Assembly (NCBI GenBank): GCA_025558095.1
Contig: JAIVFI010000010.1
Coordinates: 434,001-498,000 of the forward strand
Length of the DNA: 64,000 bases
DNA from: Hyaloraphidium curvatum SAG 235-1
Lineage: Eukaryota; Fungi; Monoblepharomycota
Reading direction: 5' to 3'
Within the stretch, counting starts at the first letter, position 1. Each line of letters starts with the position of its first letter. This document shows positions 34,989 through 46,778 of the stretch, piece by piece. A program made the position numbers and the translations under genes. The notes below the pieces were generated by a model. The model saw nothing but the letters and a program-made list of their open reading frames with translations. It was not told the origin of the DNA and searched no databases.

Positions 34989-36473
34989 ATGGCCGCGCGG
35001 CGCGGAGGATTCGCGAGCCCGACGGATCGCGGCCTGCTCATCACGGCCGGGTCGACGGTGCTGTCACGGGCCTTGATCCGGGAGCTGGCGGAGCTGCGGG
35101 ACGCGTTGCCGACGCCGGACGCGGCGGGGGACGCGCCGCAGGCAAACGGTCGCCTTGCGGGCCTGGGCGCGCACGGCATCGAAGTTCTCCGTTCGCTTCG
35201 CGTCGTCGCCTCGTACAGGAGCGCGCAAAAGATGCCGGAGCCGCCGTTGCCTGGGGTCTCGCGGAACGTCGTCCTCGAATACGACCATCAGGAGACCTTC
35301 GATTCCTTTGAGTTCGCTTCCGGGGGCGTAACGGAGCTGGTCTGGATCGTGCCCCCGACGAACGCGAACAGGCTTCAGCAATTCAAACGGCTTATGGACT
35401 TCTGCGTTCGATCCGCTAGACCGTCTCGAGGAACTCGGTACATCGTGATGGTTTCTGCCCTCCAGCCTTCCTCCAAGTCTGGTTTCGCGTCATCAGATGA
35501 TCATCCATTCTTCAGAGCCTACTTGGAGATGGAACGCCAGGTGCAAAAATCGGGCAGTGGGTCCGTCGCGGTCTGAGTGACGGCTCTGGGGCTGACACGG
35601 CCTTTCCAGTCCCATTTACAATTCTACGCTGCTGTCTGCCTTACCAGCACACTTTGCTCGACTTTGTCAAGGCCGGTGCCCTCGCGGCGGAGCCAGGGCA
35701 GCCCATCCCCTTCAAGATGCCGCTGGGGGCTGGCTCCTTCTCCCCCGTCTCGGTATGCGCCGGCTTCACGCTTTGCAGAACCCTGTCTAATCGTCTTTCT
35801 GCTACCAGTCCCGCACTGTTGCCAGCGTCGCTGCTCATCTGTTCCTCAACTTCCCGAACCGATTCATGAACAGGACGCTTGATTGCGTTGGACCCGAGTC
35901 CATGTCAGGCTTGGCGATCGCTTCCGCGGCGAGCCGTGGTCTCGGCGGTCTGCCTATCCGTTTCTCAACTTGCACCCGGGAGGACTTTGCGAAGTGGATG
36001 ATAGAAAACGGAATCGCACGCAATCCGACCAACGTGGACAATGTGCTCGCGGTGCTGGAGCGGATCGCCGACGGCAGGTTCGCCAGCATGACAGATGCCA
36101 TAATCAAAGATGTGTTGGGGTCGGGCTACAGACCGTACCGGTTGGCCGATCACTTCGCGGAGCGGAAGGAGGAGGTCATTCGTGCGCTCGACACTCCGCC
36201 GCTGAATGCGGACAAGACCGCTCACGGAGAGAAGCCGTCGCCGCAAGATTTTGACCCGGATCATCCCTCCACTTTGTGGTGGACCCCGCTCCCTAGCAAG
36301 GAGGTCGGTGTCGCGATGAACACCGCACAGTGGAACTCCGTGAGTTTGCTGGCAGGCATCTTCATCTCATGCTTTACTGATGGCGCCGGCTACAGTTGTA
36401 TGGACCTCAGATGGTCCGCAAATGGAGGGATCAGGCTTCAACGCAGGACGAGAAGGACGGACCAAAGCTCTGA
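34989..36473 (+). CDS. NmrA-like / atypical SDR NAD(P)-binding protein, spliced
   Basis: LLITAGSTVLSRALIREL, ERQVQKSG, SPVS, TLDCVGPESMSG. Predicted last exon ends ...DGPKL*. Confidence 0.65.
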
Positions 36474-36568
36474 GGGCACAAAAAGAGGGCTGCATTCGTT
36501 GCTCTATCTGCGCAAGACTTCGTCACAAATCAAAAAATGTCAATGAGCATCTACAATTGCAAAACTCA

Positions 36569-38951
36569 TCATCTGCCCCTGAGCTGCAGGATCTCGGGTC
36601 CGTCCGTCGCCAACGGAAGAGAAACGTCCGCCAGCAGCCTCTTGAGGAGGTCCGCGAGCAGCGGCTCTCCTTTCCACGCCCTCGCCATCTCGTCCAGGAA
36701 CCTGCGGTGCAGCTCCACCTTGGCTTGTGCTTCCTCGGCCAGCTTGGCGATTCCTGAGTCCGTAGCCTTGGGTTTGAGATTGCGAACAATGAGCAACTCA
36801 ATCAAGGCCGCCTGGAACGCGAGGAACATGGTCGACGGAGGGAGGCTTGCCAGTTTTCGGTCGGGCTGCGCGAGAAGGCTGGCAACGATGCCCGCGACAG
36901 TTTCTGCGCTCTCGGCACACCTCACAAACGATTCGCTGACCAACCAGACCGAGTCCCGGGCCATCTCTTCAAGCCGGCGGGGCCGGTGGAGCACAATGCG
37001 AATCCCGTGGTAGAAAAGATGCATGTATGCCGTGTGGTAGGAGTGCACTTCGTCGCTTTCCACGGGGAGACCGTCGGGATCGTTCGGAAGCACGAGGAGG
37101 CGCGAACGAAACACGGCATTCGGCGCAATGGTGCGGCAAAAGTCCGGCAGCGCGGCCAACCAATCCATGAGCGCGGCGTCCAGCGTTCTCAGGCGCGTGA
37201 CAATCTCTTGCGGCGCTTCGGGAGAAAAGGGGTTGATGCCGGATTCCGCACATTGCGAGTGGAAGCCATGAACTTTCCCGTAAAGGTTGGTGAGCAGGAT
37301 GTAGTAAGTGAATGGGTCCATTCGCTCCCTGCCCCTTCGGATGGGGTTCAGCTTTACGATGTCCTCCTCGGGCGCATCGATCCAGCTGAGCACCTGCTCG
37401 GCAAACTCCTGGAAAGAGGCAAGCGGGCTTGAGCTCCTAAAGTGCAAGTAGAGCCCGCCCACAACCCACCTGCATGTCGCTCTCTGGAAAGAGAACGAAT
37501 GCGCCTTCGGGGCCGGCCACGCCATTCAGTGTACGCGATCCGAGCGCCTTGATCGCTTGGTACGCTGCCATTCGGAGCTTCACCAGCCCTGCTTCCTCTC
37601 CCAGGAGCCCTTGCCAGACGATCTCGCCAACCGGCAAGCGAAGCTGACACTCCGAATCCTTCACAGCGAGAGGCCGGTTTCCGGCCACCGTTTGCAGGCG
37701 GTCGGTTCCGTAAATCACCCAAAAGACGCGGCGCCGGGTTTCCGCGGCAACAAAGCCGAGATCCGACGGCGGCTCACGGTTCAGACCGAGCTCGAAACAC
37801 ATCCGAGTGCCAAGGGCAGCGTAAATGTACGACAACGATCCTAGGCCTCCAGAAGACATCGAGTAGAGGGTCAGAACGTGGAGCGCCTGTGCGAGCTCGA
37901 CACTGGAACCGATTTCAAGTTCCCGACCGAGCTCCTCCTTCGCCCTTTCGAAAAACTCCTCCGGCTTGGCGAGCGGGTGCGTCGAGCTCTTGGCAGCCAG
38001 AGCCATCATGGCCAGCAGCAAGACCGGCGGATTCCGATCCACCGAGGCAAGGAAAGTCGTGGGCTGGAAGATCGGAGCGAGACTGTAGCACGAGGTGAAA
38101 AAGGTGGCCATCAAGGACTGAATGAGCTCGGCCGGGTAAGCGGCGAAGACGGGGTTTTGTGACGATCTCGGAAGCGAGAAGGTGACGGCGAAGCCAGGCA
38201 ACACGGTCACAGGGGATAGCTGCCCAGATTCGGCGGTTCCCGAGCTCCCATCTTCCGACGTTCCGGTTGCCGACAAAGTCATTTCCAGGTAATCGTCGTA
38301 GGATTCCGGCGAGGCGCCCGGGAAGAGCCCCGACAAAGCGTCGTCGACCGAAAAAGTCGGAATCGCTTGAGGCGGAGCAGCAAACTGCAGCGGCTGCGCC
38401 CCGGTGAGCGACCGGGAAATCTGCTCGGCAAGAAGTGTGAAGTTGGCACCGGGCGCATCGAAAGTTCCGAGCAGATCCGGCACGAAAGGGTACGAAGGGG
38501 GTGGAGACGCCGTCGAACGCGTCGGGAACGCGTTTGGAGCGGGTCCTGCGATCTGCAAGCCGATTGGAGCCACACCGAGTGTTGCAGAAGCAATTCCTTG
38601 TCGTGGTTGACGAGATGTGATGGCGAACGGGGCCAACGCGGCTTCCGCGGCGGCAACAGCGGCCGGGGCCTCAGCAAGACCCGCACCAAGGCCGCCGGCG
38701 AGCATCGCGCGGTTTGCCTCCATGTTTGCTCGCAAGAGTTCCTCCAGCTGCCGCAGCCTTTTGTGGACTGCGCTCTCCGTCCCCTTCGGCACACCCCGCT
38801 TCTTCGCGACTCGATCGTATTTGCACTCATTTGGCGACCGACGTCCGATGCACGCGGAACACGGCTGGTTCCCGTCGCACTTTGTCCTTTTCGCGTGGCA
38901 GACGTTGCAGGCCTTGGACGTCGGGCGCGCCCGCGATTCCGAATCGGCCAT
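36569..38951 (-). CDS. Zn2Cys6 transcription factor with fungal middle homology region
   Basis: ACNVCHAKRTKCDGNQPCSACIGRRSPNECKY; ELGLNRE...ETRRRVFWVIYGTDR. One intron at ~37420-37469. Confidence 0.95.
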
Positions 38952-39316
38952 GGTGGTCGTTCGCGGGCACGGCCGTGCGGCCTACGAGAGGCTCAAAGCT
39001 CAACACAGGGATGCCGGATCGAGCCGTGCAGTAGGGCAAATGCCGAGTCGCGAGGCAGAGGATGTCCGGATGTCCAGAAAGCGTATCAACTCGGACTGGG
39101 GCCACGTCGAGCTCCAAGAGCCGCGAACGCTCGCCGCGGCCAAAGGCCAAGGTTGGGAGGGCACGCGACGACAGGAAACCACGGCAATGTCCTCGGGGCG
39201 GGCTCTGAGCTCGGAGTTTTTCCTTCCGTGAACCGATAGCGGCGGGTTCGTCCCGAGATCGCGAGCAACCGCGGCCACGCAACGGCGGCGGACCGAAATC
39301 CCCCGATGATCCGACA

Positions 39317-40570
39317 TCAATCAAAGCCGTTCTTTTTGTAGATGTACAGCGGAAAAATAGAATGTTTCCATGTCGATATGCCTGCTTCCCCAGCTTGCGA
39401 CGGGAACCGAAGAGGAAACTCGTACGTCGCGACCATACGACGCCTCGCTTCTGGGTCGACCACCTCCCCCACGGCCTCTCGCACCGAAGCTGGTAAACCT
39501 CGAAGAAACTCCAGGAGCATGGGCTCCAGGATCCGCTGCTGCTTGGGCACCAAATACGAGTACACGACCGTTGCACTTGAGTTCAGCAGATCGGCTTCCG
39601 CGAGGTCTGCATGCCATATGTCAACGAGATGCTTGACGCCAGCCTCCTCGACATTGATCTTCGCTTCTGCCACGAGCATCGGGTCGATCTCGTATCCAAC
39701 GCACGTGGCTCCCCGGCGCGCGGCCGCAATGAGTATGTTCCCCGAGCCGCAGCCGAGATCGACAAGGGCATCGGACGCAGATAGGTCCAATTCGGCAAGG
39801 AGCGCGTCGATCGCGGCCGGCGGCGTCAACGCCAGCGGTGCCGAGGAAGAAAGATTCCCGTACGAGATCTGGGAGTCCGAAAAGGGCAGGCAATCGGCAC
39901 CGTCCAGGGGTCCAACGCCTTCATCGTCGAATCGCTGTCCAAATGGCACTGTGTCCACCAGCTCGTGGTCGTAGAGGTGTCCTGACCTCCATACGGCCAC
40001 GATGTCCACGTGATCGACGAGAGAAGAAGCTCCGGTGTGTTGAACTGACGCGACAGCTTTGCGCACCGGCTCCGCCTCGCCGTCCGAGTTGCAATAAGCG
40101 AGTGCGACGTGCGGGAAGAAGGATCCAGCCTCCAGCTCCGCATTCCCAAGAGATCCGAGCACAGCAGCATGTAGAGCGGCGTGCAGGTCGACGAATGCCT
40201 GGTACGGATCGGCCGGAAGCCAGACACCCTCCGTCCCAACCGCCGCCGGAGCGAGTTCCATTCGGAAGGCCTTCCACGAAGATAACTGTGATCCTGCGGC
40301 GCGAACGACGCGTTTCAGGCTCTCTGGAGGCATGTCATCAGCGAAACCGATGCCAAGGAGTGTCAAGTGCAGGCCATCGTCCTGGACCAAGTCCAAGATT
40401 CGGAGCGAGTCCAGCGCGGTGCGCTGCAGCGCCGCCAACTCCCGCACATCGTCGCCGCCGGGCGAAGGGAAAGAGATGCGGAACTCGAGATGCTTCCGGC
40501 CGGGCCTCCATCCCGGACGAAACCACCAGTGATTTTGCATGATGAAGGAGCACGAATCGTCGTACGCCAT
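39317..40570 (-). CDS. Fusion of a 2H phosphoesterase (2'-5' RNA ligase-like) and a class I SAM methyltransferase
   Basis: Single intronless ORF: MQNHWWFRPGWRPGR...LHLTL...PHVALAY, then LVDLGCGSGNILIAAARRG...GYEID...ATVVYSYL...VATYEFP. Start codon uncertain (40570 or 40540). Confidence 0.85.
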   Translation of the reverse strand: MAYDDSCSFIMQNHWWFRPGWRPGRKHLEFRISFPSPGGDDVRELAALQRTALDSLRILDLVQDDGLHLTLLGIGFADDMPPESLKRVVRAAGSQLSSWKAFRMELAPAAVGTEGVWLPADPYQAFVDLHAALHAAVLGSLGNAELEAGSFFPHVALAYCNSDGEAEPVRKAVASVQHTGASSLVDHVDIVAVWRSGHLYDHELVDTVPFGQRFDDEGVGPLDGADCLPFSDSQISYGNLSSSAPLALTPPAAIDALLAELDLSASDALVDLGCGSGNILIAAARRGATCVGYEIDPMLVAEAKINVEEAGVKHLVDIWHADLAEADLLNSSATVVYSYLVPKQQRILEPMLLEFLRGLPASVREAVGEVVDPEARRRMVATYEFPLRFPSQAGEAGISTWKHSIFPLYIYKKNGFD

Positions 40571-41368
40571 CCGGACCGCGCCGGGCCCGGCCGTCCGCCC
40601 CCGCGCCGGCCCCGTCCGAATCGCCGCCGCCCGAAAAAAATCCACGGCCGGAAGCGAGCTTGGCCCCTTTGCCGGGCCACCCTCGTCCTCGTCCGCGTTA
40701 TCCTCGTCGCCAGAAGATCCGCCGGGACGGTCGTCCGCGCGCGCCTAGACGACCTTGCCCACCGGGCTTCTCCTCGCGCCGGATCCCCCGATCTCCGGCC
40801 AAGAACCCTTCTTGTCCCGGCGCCGAAGAGATGCATCGTTTTCAGTTCCGGCGGCCGCCTTTTCGGCCAGCGCCGCCCCCCGATGGCCTCCCGTCCGCGC
40901 CGCGTCATCGGTCGATCCCCGCGAAACCTTCCGTCCGCCCTTCTTCGATCAGCCTTTCCCGCGTTTTCCGCCGTCCGCGCAATCGTCCGAGCTTTCTTGA
41001 TCCGTCCCCGCCGACGATGGAGCCCGCCGGCGCCCGGGCCGGGCAAGCGGGCCGGAATCCGACTCTTCGTCCCCGTAGTCCCCGGCGTCCCCGTCCTCCT
41101 CGTCCTCGCTCGACGTCTCTTCTGGCGCCATCAGCTTTTCAAGCGCGGCCGTGGCCACCACCCGCTTGCCCATCGCTTTGGGCGCGGGACAAGCGGTGTT
41201 CGAGTCACCGATCAACGGTCACAACCCCTCTTTCCTTTTCGTCCACCAACTTTTCTATTCGATGCTCGTAACCGGCCGCCATCGCATCCGGCGACGTTTC
41301 TTCTAACGCGAAACACTCTTTGCTCTTTGCTCGTCCCGGCCAATGGCAAAACTCTGCGCGATCTCCGT

Positions 41369-42684
41369 TTAGATGCCGAAGATGACCTGCGCCGCGGCGG
41401 AAGCGCATCAGCAAACGGGAGACGAACGAAAACGAAGCGATTCCAACCTTGATACGGTCGTATGCGACGATGACAACACTGCCGCCGACGCCACGGAACA
41501 GCTCGGGGATCATGCCTGGGGGAGGAGAAGGGGGAGGGGGGAAGGGGGGCAAAAGAAGGAAAATGAACGAGGGGGAAGAAAAGCGATCAGAACCTGAAGA
41601 AACACGATGCCGCGGTGATCCGTACCCTTGTACATGCCCCTGAGGCCCTCCTTGGCGAGCACCTCGCGGAAGCAGTGGATGGCGCTCTTGTACATCCTCT
41701 CGGAGACGGGCTTCTCGGACTGAAGCATCATCCGACGGCGGACGGTGTCGAAGGGCTGCGCGGAAGAGACAAGGTGTCAGATGCGCGGAAAGGCGGCGCG
41801 CGGCGGATGCGGCCCACGTAGTTGAAGGGCATGACGACCGAACGGGCGACGGTGACGGCGACAAAGGCCGCGACGGCGCCGGCGGTGCCCTTGTCGTTCT
41901 TGTAGGGGTTGAGGTCCTGGATCTGCTTGAACAGACCGAGCTGGCCGGCACGGTACACGAAGGCACCCATGACGGTCACGCCCCAGCCGGTGTAGAGGCC
42001 GGTGATGCCCTGCTTCTTAACCTGGATGGCGGGCGATGCGATAAGGCGGCGCGGCCGGCGCGGACGCACTAAAATAAACTAACCGTGGACGAGATGCAGT
42101 CCCAGATGCCGTTGAACTGGCCCTTGCCGGCCTTGACGTCCGAGGCGAGACGGGTACGGGCGTAGTCGAAGGGGTAGCTGCAGCGCCGTGATGGGATGCC
42201 GGCGACGAGGGATGCCGAAAAAGAGCAAATGCAAATGAGCGCATGCGGCGGCGGCGCGGCGGAGGCGCACGTACGCGATGGTGTTTGCGGCGGCGCCGGC
42301 GAGACCGCCCGAGAAGAGCTTCGAACCCATCGACTTCCAGAAGTCGACGCGCGAGTCGTACTTGGGGAACATGGCGTTGATCGCATCGTTGAAGGCGAGC
42401 GCCGAGCCCTGCTGCGGCGCGTAGCGCAGGATGTTGACGAGGTTCCCGCGCCAGAAGGCGGCGAGGCCCTGCTCGGCGTACACGCGGCGGAAGCAGTCGC
42501 CGATGCCGGAGTACGGCTTGACCTTGCCCGAGATGACGTCGGGGTTCGAGTCCATGGTCTGCAGCAGCAGCTTGACCCGCTCGACCGGCGCCATGGCCGT
42601 CTTGGAGATGGCGCCCGCGACACCACCGATGGTGAAGTCGGTCAGGAACTGCATCAGGCCGCTCTTCTTGCCGTCCTTGGACAT
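41369..42684 (-). CDS. AAC: Mitochondrial ADP/ATP carrier (divergent type), spliced
   Basis: GGVAGAISKTAMAPVERVKLLLQT, FWRGN, YPFDYARTRLASD, PFDTVRRRMMLQS; ends YDRIK|VIFGI*. Confidence 0.93.
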
Positions 42685-42924
42685 CTTGGCGTCGGTGGCG
42701 GATGGAGGGCGGCGGCCGGGCGGGTCGTGAAAGAGAGAATGGAGGACGAGGAAAAAAGCGCCACGCTCGGCTCCCGCTTCCCGGGCGCTCCCGATCGCGT
42801 TCCCTTATCGGGCCCAGCAGGCCCCTTCCCGCGTCACGGCCATAAATCATGATCTGACGCGCCGTAGCCCCCTCTTGTCGGCTGCTGGCACGTTTCGGGG
42901 GGCAGCCAGGCCGGCCGCAGGGCC

Positions 42925-44121
42925 ATGGGAGGCACCAGCTCGGCCTTCCACAAGGCCGCCGAGGCCGGGGACGTCAACCAGCTGCGGGAGCTTCTCGACG
43001 GCCCAAACCCGCCTCACGTTGACTCGGCGTGTGACACTCGCTACAAATGGGCCCCGCTTCATTACGCCGCGTGGGCCGATCGCAGGGAAGCGGTCGAGTT
43101 CCTCCTTTCGCGGGGCGCCGACATCGAGAGGCGTTCCGGCACCGGGTGGACATTCACCGGGGACCAGAGCCCGCTCTTGGTAGCTGCAGCAAAAGGCTGC
43201 GCTGCCGCGGCGGACATTCTCCTCGCCGCCGGGGCCGACACGGCCGCGCGGGACGACAGTGATCACACATCACTGCATTATGCCGCGGCAGCGACGGGAT
43301 CGGAGCGCCTGGTCGCCCTCCTGCTCGCACGGGGCGCGTCGGCCGACGCCAGGCGGAAGCCCTCGGACACCACGCCGCTGGACGACGCCCTCGAGGCCGG
43401 CGCGATGGAGAACGCGCGGCTGATCCTCCGGCTGTGCTCCCCCGAGACGGCGCTGCGGGCGCTCGAGGCCGGCGTCCGCGGCCTCAAGGCGGCCCGCGTC
43501 GCTTTCGTGTGCGCAAACGCCACGGGCGCCTCGCTTCCTCCCGAACGCCTGCTGGCGCTGCGCGACTCTATGGAAGCCGACGAGACGAGGGCGCTCGCCG
43601 ACGCGGCGGGCAAGGCCGCCCGTGCCGCCGAATCCCGCCGCAAGCTGAGCGAGCTCTCGACCTCTGCGATTGGCGAGCCCAATCCCGCGCGCAAGGCGCT
43701 GCTCGAGGCGCAGGCCGCGGCGGAAGCCCAACGCGCCGCCGCGCTGTCCGAGAACCAGGCGCGCGACGCCGAGCGGTCCGTGGACAGGCGCAACATCATC
43801 CGGTCCCTGGACTCCGCCTGGCGCGCGCGCAGGAACCCCGCCCCGCAGGCTTCCCCGCAAGCCGCCTCGCTGCCCGACGCCCCGCCGATCACCCCGCCGG
43901 CCCCCGCCGATCCCGCACATGCCGCGGCACCCTCCGACCCCTCGCGGCCCCCGGACCTCGCCTCGCCCTGCCCCGTCTGCCTGGACCTCGCCAAAGACGC
44001 CGCGATCGTGCCGTGCGGGCACCTCGTCTGCGCCCGGTGCGGCGAGCTGTGCCGCGCGTCGGGGCGGGGGTGTCCGGTGTGCAGGGGGGCCGTGGGGGCC
44101 GTGATGAGGGTGTACGGGTGA
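42925..44121 (+). CDS. Ankyrin-repeat protein with C-terminal RING-HC finger (E3 ligase)
   Basis: APLHYAA, SPLLVAA, TSLHYAA, TPLDDAL; CPVCLD...PCGHLVCARC...CPVCR. Confidence 0.9.
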   Translation: MGGTSSAFHKAAEAGDVNQLRELLDGPNPPHVDSACDTRYKWAPLHYAAWADRREAVEFLLSRGADIERRSGTGWTFTGDQSPLLVAAAKGCAAAADILLAAGADTAARDDSDHTSLHYAAAATGSERLVALLLARGASADARRKPSDTTPLDDALEAGAMENARLILRLCSPETALRALEAGVRGLKAARVAFVCANATGASLPPERLLALRDSMEADETRALADAAGKAARAAESRRKLSELSTSAIGEPNPARKALLEAQAAAEAQRAAALSENQARDAERSVDRRNIIRSLDSAWRARRNPAPQASPQAASLPDAPPITPPAPADPAHAAAPSDPSRPPDLASPCPVCLDLAKDAAIVPCGHLVCARCGELCRASGRGCPVCRGAVGAVMRVYG

Positions 44122-44377
44122 TGGTTGACGGCGTGCGGGAGAGAACTGCAAGTCGGCGATGGACGCCGAGACACCCGATTGATAGTTCGTTCTTGAAGTG
44201 TAGCCGATACGATGTTGCGTGATGCGATGTGTGTTCCTTTTCTGCAAATGATCATTGTCAATTGAGCAATCGAGTTTGATGGATCCATTCAATGGTCTTT
44301 TTGGCTGTTAGGCGTCCGCTGATGACTCGGCATCCGAATCACCGCCCACTACTTTCCCTCCCTCCCTCCCTCCCGCG

Positions 44378-44735
44378 ATGGCCAACCAAGCCGACGACAA
44401 CCTCGAGCACGAAATCCGCCGCGCCGAGCGCGAAGCCCAGGCCGGGGAGGTCCGCTTCCTCCACTCCCCCCCGCAGGTCCGCCCCTCTGACGCGCCCCGC
44501 GCCGAACCGACAGGCCCGCGCCGCGCAGCTCGACGCCGAGATCCGGAGCCACCCCGCCGCGCAGCCGCACGCGGAGCATCACCGCCGCGGGGTGCACGTG
44601 CCGCATCCGCATCTGAACCTGCACCTGGGAGGGAAGCGCGAGGCGTCGGCGGACAGGGGCAAGGGGGACGCCAAGCCGGGGGAGCACACGCGGGAGGAGG
44701 CCGAGAGCGCGTTCAGGGGCGACGACATGCGGTGA
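44378..44735 (+). CDS. Small hydrophilic His-rich protein, 2 exons
   Basis: MANQADDNLEHEIRRAEREAQAGE|ARAAQLDAEIRSH...FRGDDMR*, joined by a GT..AG intron at ~44450-44513. Confidence 0.55.
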
Positions 44736-44779
44736 TTCCTTGCGGACTACGGGACCCACGAGGAAGCTTCTTAGTAATG

Positions 44780-46778
44780 TCACGCCGACGCCCACTCGGC
44801 CCGCCCCCGGACCTCCCTCCCCCCGCCCTCGACGCGCACCTCGACGCCCTTCCCATCGGCCGACACCGCCACCCTCCCCGGCCCGTCCCACCCCTCCGTC
44901 CCCGCGCACACCTCCAGCAGCACCCTGACCGAATCCCCGTCCCGTTCGGCGAGCCGGACCAGCAGCCTGTCCGCGCCCTCCGCAGGCGCGACGGGGATCA
45001 CGACGCGCGCGGGGAGCGCCGCGAACCTCGGCAAGACCCACACCGGCTTCCCTGCCCCGTCCAGGACCGCCAGCGCCCTGGCCAGGTGGTCCGCGGGCGC
45101 GGCGGGGGGGAACCCGCCCTCCCCCGCGAGGGAGAGCAGCAGCGAGGCGTGCAGTGCGCAGCCCTGCGCGATGAGCTCGTCGGGTTCCAGGCCCTCGGCG
45201 TTGGGCAGGCGCAGGGGGAGGGCGGGGGGGAGGAGCGAGCGGAGGTGCGATTGGAGGCGCGGGATCCTGAGTCGGTGACGGAGGTTAGCAAGAGCATCGG
45301 AGCCAACAAGGAGAGGCGAAACGGGACGGAGCTCCGCGGGATCAGACAGCGCTGCCGAGCAGGCGGGTGTCGTCGTGTCGCGCCGGGGGCGGGAGGGTTC
45401 CCCCCGCTCCTCGGAGCGGAGGTCCCGCCTGGTCCGGCGGTCCGGGTGTGGTCTGCATCGCTTCCCGCGGAGCCCCGCATGTTCCCCAAAGGGGGCGACG
45501 ATGCTGGGAGAGGTAGCTCCCGACGGGTTGGGGGAGAGAAACTCACTTGGATCCGCCGCCGATGAGGACGACCTCGGCCACGTCCTCCCATCCCCCCTCC
45601 TCCCAGCCCTCCACGGCCGCCACGACCGCCCTCCCCACGTCCTTGATCCACGGATCCGCCAGCGCGTCCCACCTCGCCCTCGCGATCGACCCGCGCAGGT
45701 CCACCCCGTCCCACAGCGACTCGACGTCCACCACGCCCGCCGACGCGCCCGGCGACGACAGGCTGCGCTTTGCGGCCTCGCACGCCAGCAGCAGGCGGGC
45801 CATCCCGCGGCGGCCGATCTCCTCGGGCCCGCCGAGGCGGTACTTGCGCACGAACTCTGCCGCAAAGTGCGCGGCCAGGGCGGCGTCGAGGTCCGCGCAG
45901 CCCAGGGGCAGGGAGCGGTGCGACAGGACGGTGTAGAGCGCGCCGGCGGGGGCGGGCGAGGCGGCGAGCAGCGCGCACGAGGTGTGGCGTGCGCCGACGT
46001 CGGCGACGAGCACCACGCGGGCGGTCTCCCCGGGGGGGGCCGGTGCGGGCGGGCGCAGGGCGTCCAGGGCCAGCAGCGCGGCGGCGGGCTCGGCGACGAG
46101 TGCGGACAGGTCGGGCGGGCAGCCGGCGTCGGCCATTGCAGCGCGCAGGTCGTCGAGCTGCGGGGGGGCCCAGCCGGGCGGGTGCGCGAGCACCAAGCCT
46201 GCGGGCGCGCGGCCGGCGTAGCCCGCGGCGGACGCGAGCAGCCGGCGCAGGTGGTGGGCGGCGGCGTCGCGCGGCGTCATTGTCGCGGGCGGCGCGAAGG
46301 GCGAGTCGGGGTCGGCGGCCACGTCCAGCTCGAAGGCGGGCCGCGCGGGGTCCTCTGCAGATGGCCCGATGCGCGGCGCGAGCTGGCGGGCGACGCGCGC
46401 GACCTCGCCGTCGTCGATGCGCCTGCCGAGCAGCTCCCTGAAGCGCACGAGCGTGTTCGCCAGGTTGCCCGCCTGCTGCTGCCGCGCCGCCGCCGCCGTG
46501 ACGATGCCGTGCGGCGCGACGGCGACGACCGACGGGATGCGGTGGTCGCCGTCCTCGTTGGCAATCACCGTCGGCGCCACCGGCACCCCGGTCGATGACG
46601 TGGCACCCACGGGGGCGGGCAACGCCAGCACGGACACGTCGGTGCCGAACGACGCGCCGACGACCAGCGCGGGCTGCGCGGCACCGCCGCCCGCGGACGA
46701 CGGCGTGTCGGGCCGGACGGGCGGCGTCGACCGGCCGCCGTCGGGCGCGGGCGTGCCGCGCCGCTGCTTCGGGCCCAT
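44780..46778 (-). CDS. SSZ1: Atypical Hsp70 of the ribosome-associated complex (Ssz1/HSPA14-like)
   Basis: IANEDGDHRIPS, VAEPAAALLA, VADVGA, CEAAKRSLS, VESLWDGVDL, VVLIGGGSK|IPRL, PDELIAQGCALHASL; short C-terminus; intron 45546-45267. Confidence 0.85.
45328..45476 (-). ncRNA. Candidate intronic structured RNA (box C/D snoRNA-like)
   Basis: A 14-bp terminal stem GGGGCTCCGCGGGA/TCCCGCGGAGCTCC closes a C-like GCGATGC and a D box CTGA, inside a 280-nt intron. Confidence 0.5.

Noticed and set aside
45328-45476. U14 snoRNA (hosted in hsc70 introns in vertebrates) or TPP riboswitch
   Set aside because: Neither the U14 18S-complementary domains nor the TPP consensus motifs are visible.
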